Assembly: GCA_031422435.1 (NCBI GenBank)
Contig: JANPLU010000007.1
Span: forward strand, 1-40,363
Origin: Acaryochloridaceae cyanobacterium VAR_48_metabat_390
GTDB taxonomy: Bacteria > Cyanobacteriota > Cyanobacteriia > Thermosynechococcales > Thermosynechococcaceae
Length of the DNA stretch: 40,363 nt
Reading direction: 5' to 3'
A model generated the notes under the pieces. It searched no databases. It had not been told where the DNA came from and saw only the letters and a list, made by a program, of their open reading frames with translations. Below, one piece after another: positions 1-9,577 of the stretch. Numbering within the stretch: position 1 is the first letter of the stretch; every line of letters begins with the position of its first letter. A program made the translations under genes and the position numbers.

Positions 1-57
1 GGCGACAGAATTATTGTGTCAATGCGCGATGCTGAACCGGATGATTCAATTGGGTAA
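1..57 (+). CDS. 3' end of a gene truncated by the window edge (GDRIIVSMRDAEPDDSIG*)
   Basis: Frame +1 is open from base 1 to TAA at 55-57 and converges on the helicase gene; too short to identify. Confidence 0.35.
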   Translation, partial: GDRIIVSMRDAEPDDSIG

Positions 58-177
58 GCCTGTCAGTGTTCCAGTTGCTGCTTAATCCAACCTCAATAAA
101 GGGGGATTTCTGTCCTAGATTCCACTTATGCAACAACGCCCCTAGATTGTGCAATTAAATGCCCTGCTACCGATAGC

Positions 178-1665
178 CTATGGCTCGGGCTTGGTGTCCC
201 AGTCGGCAGGCATTTCGGCGGCGCGGGGCAAAGACTGTGGCTCTTTTTTAGAAGGTGAAGGAACCAGCGCTAAAGTGCGCTGATGGGGCTGTGGCGTTGG
301 CTTGGGCTGTCGTCGCCGCACGGTACCTTCTTCGGTGGTTTCTTCAGCAATAACTTCATAGAGTAACGCCAGTTTGCTGGCATCATTACCCTTGCGCAAC
401 ACCCGCCCCAGGCGCTGCACATACTCTCGCGTAGAGCCTGTGCCAGACAGCACGATCGCAATCCGCGCTTCGGGCACGTCAACGCCTTCATTGAGAACCC
501 GTGAAGCCACAATGCTCGGATACTCACCCGACTTGAACTTATCTAAAATCTCGTGACGCTCTTTAACGGGGGTTTGATGGGTAATCGCCGGAATCAAAAA
601 GTCTTGAGAAATGCGGTAAACCGTGGCGTTATCGTCGGTAAAAATGAGGGTGCGCTCTGGGTGATGCTGCCCCAGCAGATCTGCCAAGACCCGCAGCTTA
701 CCTTCAGTGCCGAATGCGATCGCCCTGGCTTCTCGATGCGCCAACATCGCTCGCCGTCCAGCTTTAGAACGCGCACTTTCTTTAACAAACTGCTGCCATC
801 CGCTCAGGCTACCGAGAAAAATACCGCGCTCTTGCAAAAATGCATTACGGGTTTGGATGAGGGCATCGTAGCGATCACGTTCCGGTTCCGTCAGCTTGAC
901 CCGAATTTGAGTAGCCTCATGTTTCGCTAAGGCAATGCCGGATAGTTCCTCGGAGGACTTGCGATAGACTTCAGGGCCAATCAGATAGTCGAGATCGGCA
1001 TGTTTGCCGTCGCTGCGCTCTGGGGTGGCGGTGAGTCCGAGGCGATAAGGGGCGATCGCATACTCTGCAATGACGCGATTGAAGCCGCTGGGGAGATGGT
1101 GGCACTCGTCAAAAATCAATAGGCCATACAGGTTGCCCAAGCTCTCAGCATGGATGGCGGCGCTGTCGTAAGTGGAGATGAGGATGGGGGTGCGATCGCG
1201 GGAGCCACCGCCCAGCAAGCCAACTTCTGCATCAGGGAACGCCGCTAGAAAATGGGCGTACCACTGGTGCATTAAATCTAGGGTGGGCACCATAATCAAC
1301 GTACTGCGCCCAATAGACTGCATCACAAGCTGTGCGAGGTAGGTTTTACCCGCCGCAGTGGGCAGAACCACCACACCTCGTTTGCCAGATTGTTGCCATT
1401 GCGCAAGCGCCTCCTGCTGATGCAGATAAGGCGTCATGTCAACGCGAGGCACAAGCGTTAATTCTTGATAGGCACGAGCTTTATCGTCAATGGACGTTTG
1501 AGCGCGATACAGGGCGCTCACCAAAGCGCGGTACTGAATGGCTGGGACTCGAAATTTTTCGATGCGGTCATCCCAGGTAGCGTAGTCTAACCAGTCTTTT
1601 CCCTTAGGGGGCGGGTGCAAAATCAGCGTCCCGCGATCATAAGAAAGCTTTGGGTTACGAGCCAT
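178..1665 (-). CDS. XPB/Ssl2/Rad25-like superfamily 2 DEAD/DEAH-box helicase
   Basis: Walker A LPTAAGKT, DECH box, motif III LTATPER, VLNEGVDVP, motif VI YVQRLGRVLR. Confidence 0.9.
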   Translation of the reverse strand: MARNPKLSYDRGTLILHPPPKGKDWLDYATWDDRIEKFRVPAIQYRALVSALYRAQTSIDDKARAYQELTLVPRVDMTPYLHQQEALAQWQQSGKRGVVVLPTAAGKTYLAQLVMQSIGRSTLIMVPTLDLMHQWYAHFLAAFPDAEVGLLGGGSRDRTPILISTYDSAAIHAESLGNLYGLLIFDECHHLPSGFNRVIAEYAIAPYRLGLTATPERSDGKHADLDYLIGPEVYRKSSEELSGIALAKHEATQIRVKLTEPERDRYDALIQTRNAFLQERGIFLGSLSGWQQFVKESARSKAGRRAMLAHREARAIAFGTEGKLRVLADLLGQHHPERTLIFTDDNATVYRISQDFLIPAITHQTPVKERHEILDKFKSGEYPSIVASRVLNEGVDVPEARIAIVLSGTGSTREYVQRLGRVLRKGNDASKLALLYEVIAEETTEEGTVRRRQPKPTPQPHQRTLALVPSPSKKEPQSLPRAAEMPADWDTKPEP

Positions 1666-1741
1666 GCCAAGCCTGAGGGGTAATCTCGTCTATTGTCGCT
1701 GATTGGGGGTTCAAGCTGGGTTTGGATGCAGCATAGATTCT

Positions 1742-1779
1742 AAAAATTTAAGGGTGACAGAAAATCTGCCACCCTTAAA
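1742..1779 (-). terminator. Intrinsic terminator of the rpsO-pam68 unit
   Basis: Minus strand TTTAAGGGTGGCAGA-TTT-TCTGTCACCCTTAAA followed by TTTTT, 28 nt after the pam68 stop. Confidence 0.8.
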
Positions 1780-1806
1780 CCAACGATTGATGAATGAGAT
1801 AAGGTC

Positions 1807-2310
1807 TTAGGAATTCTGGCGATCGCGTCCCGCCCTAAAGTTTTCGGCAAGGCGACCGCAATTGAGCCTAAACTCTTGCCATCCTAGCTTCGTCCCAGGC
1901 AGCGCTTCGTCCCAAGATGCGGACAGAACTCCGTAACTCAACCCAAGTACCCCTAGCCCTAAAAATCCAAGGCTTGCAAGTAAAACGGCGACGTTTGGGA
2001 GTTCAATCCCATTCTGAAAAACAACAAAGTAGCTGATTGGAAACGTAGACAGCCCCAATAATGTCGGCACACCACAAAGAACAGCCATTCGTTTCGCCAT
2101 ACGCTTACTGACCACTTCAGGAATACCCTGAGAAGCTTTAGAACGATTCGTTCGTGAAGACTTAGGTGAGTTAACAGGCGTAGATAAAGTTTTCGGCAGG
2201 CTTTTTTTAGGTGCAGATGTCTTATCTTTTCCCTTAGGTTCGTAGGGCAATGACCCGAAGCCACTGCGTTCATCCTTAGGAGAGTTTGACAGTTTAGATT
2301 TAGCAGCCAT
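1807..2310 (-). CDS. pam68: PAM68 family photosystem II assembly factor
   Basis: IPEVVSKRM...two TM helices...LSYGVLSASWD...LGW signature; conserved position directly downstream of rpsO in cyanobacteria. Confidence 0.9.
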   Translation of the reverse strand: MAAKSKLSNSPKDERSGFGSLPYEPKGKDKTSAPKKSLPKTLSTPVNSPKSSRTNRSKASQGIPEVVSKRMAKRMAVLCGVPTLLGLSTFPISYFVVFQNGIELPNVAVLLASLGFLGLGVLGLSYGVLSASWDEALPGTKLGWQEFRLNCGRLAENFRAGRDRQNS

Positions 2311-2322
2311 AACGGCAACCTG

Positions 2323-2592
2323 TTATCCGCGAATGCCGAGGCGGGTGATTAACTGTCGGTAGTGGTCGTTGTTGTGCTTCTGGATGTAGGCCAGAAGACT
2401 CTTACGTTGCCCAATCATTTTCAAAAGGCCACGACGAGAAGCGTGATCTTTCTTATTGGTCTTAAGGTGGTCGCTCAGGCGTGAAATACGCGCAGACAGC
2501 ATCGCCACTTGGACGTCGGAAGATCCGGTGTCGGTAGGATGAACCTGATATGCGTTGATAATCTCTTGTTTCTTCTCTTGCAGAAGGGTCAT
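2323..2592 (-). CDS. rpsO: 30S ribosomal protein S15
   Basis: [35 protein letters not shown]; 89 aa. Confidence 0.98.
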   Translation of the reverse strand: MTLLQEKKQEIINAYQVHPTDTGSSDVQVAMLSARISRLSDHLKTNKKDHASRRGLLKMIGQRKSLLAYIQKHNNDHYRQLITRLGIRG

Positions 2593-2749
2593 GGGTGTTG
2601 CTTAATTTGTTGATTAATTTGCGGCAAACCTAAATCTTAGCACACCAAGCTAGACCTTTTATTGCTCTATTTCTCAGTGTCAAGCCCGAAAGTGCAGTGC
2701 TAGAATGCGCCCAGGCAGGGGAGTATCGTAATCGCTGTTGAGTAGAAAT

Positions 2750-3568
2750 ATGGTTCAGGACAAGCTATCTCAACTGCAAGCGTTATTTCGAGAGATGGAT
2801 CGGGCTTTGATTGCCTACTCTGGCGGAATTGACAGCACCTTGGTGGCAAAAATTGCTCAGGATGTGTTGAGCGATCGCGCCCTAGCCGTTACTGCCGTCT
2901 CACCCTCTCTGCTGCCAGAAGATTTAGAAGATGCCAAGATTCAGGCTGCCGAGATTGGCATTGCCCATCGGCTGGTAGAAACCCATGAAATGGCAAACCC
3001 TAGCTACACCAGCAACCCCATTAATCGGTGCTATTTCTGCAAAAGCGAGCTGTACGATACCCTTAAACCCCTTGCGCAGTCCTTGGGCTATGCCTATACA
3101 GTAGATGGCGTGAATGCGGATGACTTGCACGACTACCGCCCAGGGATCCAGGCTGCAAAGGAACGAGGCACGCGATCGCCGTTAGCTGAAGTAGGACTCA
3201 CAAAGCTGGAGGTGCGGGAACTGTCAAAGTTTTTGGGACTCTCCTGCTGGGATAAACCTGCTCAGCCCTGCTTAAGCTCAAGGTTCCCCTACGGCGAAGA
3301 AATTACGGTTGAAAAGCTGCGGCGAGTGGGGCAAGCAGAGCGCTATCTGCGAAAGTTGGGGCTGACTACGTTAAGAGTGCGGTCTGAAGGCGCTACGGCA
3401 AAAATTGAGCTGCCTGTGGACGGCATACAAAGCTTTGTGCAGACCACTGATCTACCTCAGCTCGTTGAGGCGTTTCAGAGCTACGGGTTTACCTATGTAA
3501 CCCTTGATCTAGAAGGATTTCGTAGTGGAAAGCTGAATCAAGTTTTAGCTTTAAATGCAAAAATATGA
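2750..3568 (+). CDS. larE: ATP-dependent sacrificial sulfur transferase LarE family (PP-loop)
   Basis: AYSGGIDS PP-loop, NRCYFCK, DYRPG, PCLSSRFPYG, DLEGFRSG; ATG 2750 preferred over TTG 2738. Confidence 0.9.
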   Translation: MVQDKLSQLQALFREMDRALIAYSGGIDSTLVAKIAQDVLSDRALAVTAVSPSLLPEDLEDAKIQAAEIGIAHRLVETHEMANPSYTSNPINRCYFCKSELYDTLKPLAQSLGYAYTVDGVNADDLHDYRPGIQAAKERGTRSPLAEVGLTKLEVRELSKFLGLSCWDKPAQPCLSSRFPYGEEITVEKLRRVGQAERYLRKLGLTTLRVRSEGATAKIELPVDGIQSFVQTTDLPQLVEAFQSYGFTYVTLDLEGFRSGKLNQVLALNAKI

Positions 3569-3575
3569 TGCTACA

Positions 3576-3591
3576 AGTGATGAGAATCACA
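3576..3591 (+). promoter_or_regulatory. Putative CRP (SYCRP1-type) binding site
   Basis: AGTGA-TGAGAA-TCACA matches TGTGA-N6-TCACA at 9/10; lies 85 nt upstream of a small ORF. Confidence 0.55.
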
Positions 3592-3675
3592 GCTCATTTG
3601 GCCTGACATCACAGATTTCTCGATGCGATCGCTGAAGAATACTTATATCGAGTTTTTACTTCAGAGGTCACAGCC

Positions 3676-3804
3676 ATGAAAACAGAATTAACTGCAAAAT
3701 GGGTTCTCGTTGAAGGTCACTTAGAACTACGGTGGATAGCCAAAGACGATAATCGAGTCGTAGTGATGAATCGCTTTGTCTCTCAGCCTCAAAAAGCGGC
3801 TTAA
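3676..3804 (+). CDS. Small hypothetical protein, 42 aa (MKTELTAKWVLVEGHLELRWIAKDDNRVVVMNRFVSQPQKAA), absent from the ORF track
   Basis: ATG 3676 with GAGGT RBS at 3664-3668, TAA 3802-3804; fills the otherwise empty larE-vapC gap. Confidence 0.65.
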   Translation: MKTELTAKWVLVEGHLELRWIAKDDNRVVVMNRFVSQPQKAA

Positions 3805-3913
3805 GAATATCCTACCTTTTGCACTCTAAGGCTTTCAGCGCTTTGTAGAAAGCTATTATAACCCCATGATTAAACCCCAATCTGTCGGTTGCCCCATGAT
3901 TACGCTCACAAAC

Positions 3914-3952
3914 CTAAAATTCCCTGCTGGATAATCTGGGAGGGAATTTTAG
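3914..3952. terminator. Probable bidirectional terminator hairpin
   Basis: Perfect 12-bp inverted repeat CTAAAATTCCCT...AGGGAATTTTAG between convergent genes. Confidence 0.7.
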
Positions 3953-3986
3953 TCAAAAGACAGTGACAAAGCATTCTAAAAATCAC

Positions 3987-4379
3987 TTATTCTAAAAATT
4001 TCACCTGATCTGGAAATTTGGCTGCTAATTTTCGATCAAACGTCACCAATTGAGTCTTTTCTTGAATTGCCGCTGCGACAAATAAGGTGTCATAAAACGA
4101 ATGCCCTTCCTGTGCTGCTAACGCTAAAGCCAGGTCTCGAACAGAAGCACTAGACACAATCTTATCAACCAACGCCTCCGCGTCTGCCAACACTTCTAGT
4201 CCTGTTTGCAGTGGCACTTGCCGAAACTGAATCCATTGCCAAACAACATTTCCTAACTCAGCAAACAGCGAGTCTGGAACAATAATTTGTTCAGCGGCTT
4301 CTAATGCAGCGGCGGCTTGCTCATATTTATTCTCTACCTGCAATAGGGCATAGGCAAACACCATTGTATCAATCACCAT
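3987..4379 (-). CDS. vapC: PIN-domain VapC/FitB family toxin
   Basis: Acidic PIN tetrad: VIDT, FAEL, FYDTL, VTFDRKL; start overlaps the antitoxin stop at 4379. Confidence 0.9.
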   Translation of the reverse strand: MVIDTMVFAYALLQVENKYEQAAAALEAAEQIIVPDSLFAELGNVVWQWIQFRQVPLQTGLEVLADAEALVDKIVSSASVRDLALALAAQEGHSFYDTLFVAAAIQEKTQLVTFDRKLAAKFPDQVKFLE

Positions 4380-4603
4380 TAGGGTCGCCCCTGCGTTTTC
4401 CAGTCCTGCATAGGTTCAGCCGTTTGAGGCGGCAATGTTGCCCAGCGCTGACGGATACGCTCAAGCACAGCTCCACGCTGCTCATAACGACTTTGCAGCA
4501 AATCGCGGATTTCCTGCTCCATCGACACTCCCTTCTGTCCTGCAAGCAATTTAATCCGATTAACTAACTCATCAGGCACATTGCGAATTGTGAGCGTTGC
4601 CAT
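4379..4603 (-). CDS. FitA-like ribbon-helix-helix antitoxin
   Basis: MATLTIRNVPDEL...A...G.SMEQEIRDLL RHH signature; strong AAGGAGG RBS; coupled to the PIN gene. Confidence 0.88.
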   Translation of the reverse strand: MATLTIRNVPDELVNRIKLLAGQKGVSMEQEIRDLLQSRYEQRGAVLERIRQRWATLPPQTAEPMQDWKTQGRP

Positions 4604-4638
4604 TTAGCACTCCTCCTTTTTTAGAGAATTCTTGAGTT

Positions 4639-4668
4639 AATGCTAGCAAAGTGCTGGCATTATTTCAA
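4639..4668 (-). promoter_or_regulatory. Sigma70-type promoter of the TA operon with overlapping inverted-repeat operator
   Basis: Minus strand TTGAAA-17 nt-TAGCAT; overlapped by AATGCTAGCA-AAG-TGCTGGCATT (9/10 inverted repeat, 4639-4661). Confidence 0.65.
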
Positions 4669-4670
4669 AG

Positions 4671-6818
4671 CTACGTTTTCACAATCTCACCGAAGTCAGC
4701 TAGCACCCTGGCATGGTTCCGCAGTAAGCCCAGCAGATTCAGGCGGTTTTGCTTGAGGTTGGGTTCATCTGCCATCACCAGTACACTATCAGGGCCGTCA
4801 AAAAAGGCGCTTACTGCGGGGGCGATCGCCGCTAACCCGCTCACCAATAGCCCATAATCTCTCTGAGCAGAAGCCTGTTGCGTTTGTGGCAATAGCATCA
4901 CCAGCGCATCATAAAACGCCTTTTCAGAAGACTGTTTGAAATGCTCAGGGTTCACCGCTGTGGCTGGGTCAAGGGTTTGAGCTTCTAACGTGCCTTGCTT
5001 GGCTAATCGCGTGGCTCGGTTTACCGTTTCGTAAATATTTGCCAGGGTGCCATCAGAGCGGATCTGCTGCAAAAATAGGGCGCGAGACTGCACATCTAGT
5101 AAATCTTCAAGGGCGCGTTGGGTATAGTCTGGGTCGGCTGCACCTAAGACGGCATTTACAAGGTCGTAATCAACCTGCTGCTCCTCTTGCAGCAGAGTGC
5201 GAATGCGCTGCAAGAAAAACTCCTGAAGCTGTCGCTGAAGGGTTTCTAGTTCCTCCGTTTTGCTGAAGCTTTCGGCAAAAGCGGCTGTGGTGGTTTGCAA
5301 AAGCTGCTTGAGGTTGAGGGGGAGCTTTGCTGACCAGATAATGTTCACAATGGCATTAGCTGATCGCCGCAGTGCAAAGGGATCTGACGAACCCGTGGGC
5401 AACATGCCTAAGCCAAAAATGCACACGAGGGTATCGAGACGGTCGGCGATCGCCACCACCTGCCCTTCTAATGTCTGAGGCAGTCCATCCTCCGCACCAC
5501 GAGGGAGATAGTGTTCTGCGATCGCCGTTGCAACCGCCTTCAGCTCTTTGCTGGCAAGGGCATACTTTTCGCCCATTACGCCCTGAAGCTCAGGGAACTC
5601 GCCCACCATTTGGGTAACAAGATCTGCTTTGCAGAGCAGCGCGGCACGATCAATGGTTGCGGCGGCTGAAGCATCGACCTGAAGCTGCTGGGCAATGCGC
5701 TGGGCATTCTGCTGGATGCGATCAACCTTGGCGCGGACAGAGCCTAAATCGGCCTGAAAGGTGACGGTTTCGAGTTTAGGTAGGTAGTCTGCTAGGGGAA
5801 TTGCCAGATCGGCCTTAAAGAAAAACTGCCCGTCAGCAAGTCGTGCCCGAATGACCCGTTCGTTACCAGCGGCAATCACCTCAGATTTTGCTGGGTCGCC
5901 ATTAGAAATGGTGATGAAATAAGGGAGCAGCTCACCGCTGACGTTGCGGACTGGGAAGTAGCGCTGATGACTCACCATTTCTGTGGTCACGACTTCTGAG
6001 GGTAGCTCCAAAAACGTTTGATCAAAGGTGCCTGCGATCGCCGTCGGCCACTCTACTAAATTCACTACCTCAGCAAGCAACGCCTCCGAGATTTCGGCAA
6101 CGCCATTTACAGACTGAGCGACGGCCTTGACCTGCTCTAAAATTATGACTTTTCGCTGAGCGGGATCAACCTGAACATAGGCTGCTTCCAGCGTTTTGTG
6201 ATAGTCGGCAGCAGTGGCAATCACGACAGGATCGGGGTGCAGAACGCGGTGGCCTGTCGAAATGCGATCGCCCTTTACAACTGTCGGCTCATTTTCAATC
6301 TGGACGGGCAAAATCTGGTCATCCCACAGACTCACCAGCCAACGGATGGGGCGGGAAAAGCGCAAATCTCCATCAGCCCACCGCATGAAGCGCTTACCTT
6401 CGAGTCCAAAAATCCACTGAGGGATCAGTTCTGCTAGCACCTCTGGCGTTTTGCGCCCCTCAATCACCTTACGGATATAGATAAACTCACCTTTATCTGT
6501 GGGGCGCAGCTCAAAATCTGCAACCTCAACCCCCTGTTTTTTGGCAAATCCTAGTGCCGCTGGCGTGGGCTGTCCCTCCTTAAATGCAGATTTGGCGGGT
6601 GGTCCTTTTATTTCTTCGGTTTGTTGGGGCTGCTGATCGGGTAAACCATGAATGAGTATGGCAAGGCGACGGGGGGTGCCAAATATTTCAATATTTTCTG
6701 AGGTCAGCACGTTGGCTTTAAGGTCAGCAGGGATGCGCGATCGCCACTGCGCTAAGGCAGATGCTACAAACTGCGCCGGAAGTTCTTCGGTGCCCACTTC
6801 TAATAAAAATGTCGCCAT
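4671..6818 (-). CDS. glyS: Glycine--tRNA ligase beta subunit
   Basis: [19 protein letters not shown]...[51 protein letters not shown]. Confidence 0.97.
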   Translation of the reverse strand: MATFLLEVGTEELPAQFVASALAQWRSRIPADLKANVLTSENIEIFGTPRRLAILIHGLPDQQPQQTEEIKGPPAKSAFKEGQPTPAALGFAKKQGVEVADFELRPTDKGEFIYIRKVIEGRKTPEVLAELIPQWIFGLEGKRFMRWADGDLRFSRPIRWLVSLWDDQILPVQIENEPTVVKGDRISTGHRVLHPDPVVIATAADYHKTLEAAYVQVDPAQRKVIILEQVKAVAQSVNGVAEISEALLAEVVNLVEWPTAIAGTFDQTFLELPSEVVTTEMVSHQRYFPVRNVSGELLPYFITISNGDPAKSEVIAAGNERVIRARLADGQFFFKADLAIPLADYLPKLETVTFQADLGSVRAKVDRIQQNAQRIAQQLQVDASAAATIDRAALLCKADLVTQMVGEFPELQGVMGEKYALASKELKAVATAIAEHYLPRGAEDGLPQTLEGQVVAIADRLDTLVCIFGLGMLPTGSSDPFALRRSANAIVNIIWSAKLPLNLKQLLQTTTAAFAESFSKTEELETLQRQLQEFFLQRIRTLLQEEQQVDYDLVNAVLGAADPDYTQRALEDLLDVQSRALFLQQIRSDGTLANIYETVNRATRLAKQGTLEAQTLDPATAVNPEHFKQSSEKAFYDALVMLLPQTQQASAQRDYGLLVSGLAAIAPAVSAFFDGPDSVLVMADEPNLKQNRLNLLGLLRNHARVLADFGEIVKT

Positions 6819-6871
6819 AGCGCGTTACTCTTGCAATTTTGAAAAACTTAAAATAAAAATTTAGTAACTAC

Positions 6872-7612
6872 TCAGGCAGTCCATGCCGGATGGGATAGCA
6901 GCACACTCATCGTCTGTACACCCCGAAGCTGATTGGACAGCGGTAGATGACCTTTGGGTGCACTCAAGTTCCAAATAAACTCGCCAGGGTAGCGGGTCCA
7001 GGTTTTGCCAGACTTCCATTTAATTTTGGGCCACAGCGCCTCCCAGTCTTTGCCCACGCTTAGCCAAAGCTGCCGCTGTACTGAAAACCCAAACTTCCCT
7101 TCAGAATGCACGAGCCATAGGGCGTTGATGGTTTTGAGATCCGTGACGGGGAACCCATCAATTTCTGAAAAATACACCCATTTCCGCTTCATTGCCGCCG
7201 GCCCTGAAAGCTCACACAGCTTCTGGAGCGTCACGCGATCGGCGTCTAAAAAGTTCTGCTGCGATAACAGCTTTTGAAGTGGGGCATAGTCTATGCCAGA
7301 CTCGGAGGTAAGCGGCACCACACCCTGAGGGAAATGCGCCTCCAAAAATATTTCTGTTTCGGGCTTTTCAGCGCACAGCAGCAGCAGCTCATAGCAGCGA
7401 CCGTCAATGGGCGCAATTGCCCTATCCTCAGTGCGGCGCTGGAGTAAAAAAGATTGCAGTACTGCACACCCTTCTTCTCCTGCTTCATAGAGCATCGCAG
7501 CAGCCTGAAGCTGATTCTTCTCTGAACCCGTGGTGAGCTGGGCTTCTAATTCATGCAGATCAAGGTTAGAGTCCCTTGAAATGGGGGCAGATGCATTGAC
7601 AGAATCGGGCAT
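6872..7612 (-). CDS. gun4: GUN4 Mg-chelatase cofactor (N-terminal ARM-like region plus GUN4 core)
   Basis: DYAPLQKLL, DLKTINALWLVHSEGKFGFSVQRQLW, APKGHLPLSNQLRG. Confidence 0.9.
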   Translation of the reverse strand: MPDSVNASAPISRDSNLDLHELEAQLTTGSEKNQLQAAAMLYEAGEEGCAVLQSFLLQRRTEDRAIAPIDGRCYELLLLCAEKPETEIFLEAHFPQGVVPLTSESGIDYAPLQKLLSQQNFLDADRVTLQKLCELSGPAAMKRKWVYFSEIDGFPVTDLKTINALWLVHSEGKFGFSVQRQLWLSVGKDWEALWPKIKWKSGKTWTRYPGEFIWNLSAPKGHLPLSNQLRGVQTMSVLLSHPAWTA

Positions 7613-7808
7613 GAAGATACTCGAAGACGGTTGAGTGGGTGAATTGGATGTATTTCTTCCTCTTTAACCCTATCAAAAAGGGCTTTCCCCTGACGAGGGA
7701 TCGTTCCCAATTTGAACGATTTCTCTCTCTCTTCTCAGCAACGATACAAAACAAACGCGAAGAGGGGCGATCGCTATACTTAAAACAGATCCTTTACGGT
7801 CAACGGCT

Positions 7809-8465
7809 ATGGTCACGCTCCAGCTTCGGCAGCTTGTGGTTCAACCTGGCAAAAACATTCAGCTTCAAAATGTCAACTGGGATGAGTTTGAAGCCATCCT
7901 TGAGGAGCTAGGCGATAAGCGCGCTTCTCGGATTGCCTACAGCGATGGAATTTTGGAGATTCGGATGCCCCTGCCAGAACATGAGGTTGATAAAGAACTG
8001 ATTGGCGATATGCTCAAAATTTTAATGGAAGAGCTTGACATCAGCAATGAATGTTATGGCTCATCAACCTTTAAGCGCAGAGACATGATGAAAGGCATTG
8101 AGCCAGATCAATGCTTTTACATTCATAACTATGCTGCAATGATTGGCAAAAGACGACTTGATTTAACGATTGATCCACCACCAGATTTGGCAATTGAGGT
8201 TGATGTTACTTCAAAGACAGGGCTAGATGCCTACCAAGCCTTGGGAGTGCCAGAACTATGGCGGATTGAAGGTGGAGCACTACAAATCAGTGTTTTGCAG
8301 AGTGGGCAATATGTAGACTCTCCCTTCAGTCCAAATTTTCCAAATTGGCCACTCATTGAAACCATTTCTGAATTTTTAGAACGTAGCCTAACGGAAGGAA
8401 GAAGCATCGCCCTTAAAGCATTTCGTCGTTGGGTGCAGGATCATTTAAGGCGTTTTCCCCTCTAG
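7809..8465 (+). CDS. Uma2 (DUF820) family PD-(D/E)xK endonuclease-fold protein
   Basis: MPLPEHE, EPDQCFYI, PPPDLAIEVD, YQALGVPELWR. Confidence 0.9.
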   Translation: MVTLQLRQLVVQPGKNIQLQNVNWDEFEAILEELGDKRASRIAYSDGILEIRMPLPEHEVDKELIGDMLKILMEELDISNECYGSSTFKRRDMMKGIEPDQCFYIHNYAAMIGKRRLDLTIDPPPDLAIEVDVTSKTGLDAYQALGVPELWRIEGGALQISVLQSGQYVDSPFSPNFPNWPLIETISEFLERSLTEGRSIALKAFRRWVQDHLRRFPL

Positions 8466-8909
8466 GGTTTTAAGAACGTCCTTCACCGCTTGAGGGGACA
8501 CTTTTTTCTGGAGATAGGCGAGGCAATGCCCTTGGGTGCTGCCACCCAAAACTTTTTGGCTTAAGGATTGGTCCTGTAGCTGGCGAAGGGAGCGAATGCA
8601 GGCAGGGCAATCACAGCCAAAAAGCTGCACTGCTGCATCGCTTTCGGCTTCGCTAAAGTCAGTCGCAAAATCATCTCCAGAAATTTTGCCAGCAGATGCC
8701 ACTAAAATACTGCGACCCTGCTTAAACCCTGAGGTGTGAAGGGTTGAAGGCGCAGGTGCATCGCAAGAGGCTTGTGTTGTAACGTTCTGGATGCCTGCCT
8801 TAGAAGATTCCGTAGCCTGGGCAGCAGTGACAGCAATCAAGCAAGGCATTAGCATGGCACCCACGGCGGTAGGGATTGCTAGCAAACTTAATAGAATTTT
8901 CTGATTCAT
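8445..8909 (-). CDS. Hypothetical exported protein with GCDCPAC motif
   Basis: Hydrophobic N-terminus (signal peptide-like); ESDAAVQLFGCDCPACIRSL motif; 3' end overlaps the Uma2 gene by 21 nt. Confidence 0.75.
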   Translation of the reverse strand: MNQKILLSLLAIPTAVGAMLMPCLIAVTAAQATESSKAGIQNVTTQASCDAPAPSTLHTSGFKQGRSILVASAGKISGDDFATDFSEAESDAAVQLFGCDCPACIRSLRQLQDQSLSQKVLGGSTQGHCLAYLQKKVSPQAVKDVLKTLEGKTP

Positions 8910-9155
8910 TTTTAATAGATTCTCCGCTAGACCATGCTGTAAATCATGGTTGGATGGTCTGATTTTAGTCTAAAGATTTTCATCTTGTTGTTTTTGAGGT
9001 CAATGTTTAAGGCTGCTCTGTTGATACGATCGCCGTATCGCCGGAGCTTTAGAAAGTCTGGCAGAATAAAGAAGAAGGCTGCGTGGCTATGCACCTTATC
9101 GACGACAGGTTAAGCAGCCGCATTAACTGATACCCTCCTGGAACTAGAACTTTTT

Positions 9156-9479
9156 ATGGATACAAATAACTTTCTAAAGCAAATGCTGCTGATGGGGATC
9201 GGCACTACCAGCTTTGTCACTGATAAAATCCGTGAAGTCAGTGAGGAATGGGTCAAGGAAGGGCGGCTCAACCCCGATCAGGCAAAGGCGTTTGTCGATG
9301 ACCTAATGCAGCAGTTGCGAACTGACCCCTCAGAATGGGAAAGCCAGTTTCAGCGGCAGTTTCGCAACATTATGCAAGACTTTGGCGTGGCGCGACAGCC
9401 TGAAATAGACGAATTGCGCGGTAGAATTGATCGGCTAGAGCGTCAAGTCCGAGACTTAGAAAATAAATCTTGGCGCTAG
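9156..9479 (+). CDS. Phasin-like (PHA granule-associated family) coiled-coil protein
   Basis: LLMGIG...VKEGRLNPDQAKAFVDDL...EIDELRGRIDRLERQVRDLE pattern. Confidence 0.7.
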   Translation: MDTNNFLKQMLLMGIGTTSFVTDKIREVSEEWVKEGRLNPDQAKAFVDDLMQQLRTDPSEWESQFQRQFRNIMQDFGVARQPEIDELRGRIDRLERQVRDLENKSWR

Positions 9480-9512
9480 GCCGTTTCTGAAATGAAACTT
9501 ATCAGTCACTTT

Positions 9513-9542
9513 GTAGGGGCGCACAAAACCTTGTGCCCTTGC
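9513..9542. repeat. GTAG-type REP-like extragenic hairpin
   Basis: GTAGGGGCGCA-CAAAACCT-TGTGCCCTTGC imperfect palindrome beginning with GTAG. Confidence 0.5.
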
Positions 9543-9577
9543 GGTAACTCAAGCCCATCCAAAAGAGGAGACAGACC

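Noticed and set aside
2750..3568. LarE without other lar genes
   Set aside because: Stand-alone larE homologs are common in cyanobacteria; not unusual.
7566..7911. ORFs 7566-7754 (-) and 7639-7911 (+)
   Set aside because: They span the divergent gun4/Uma2 promoter region and overlap real genes out of frame, with no coding signature.
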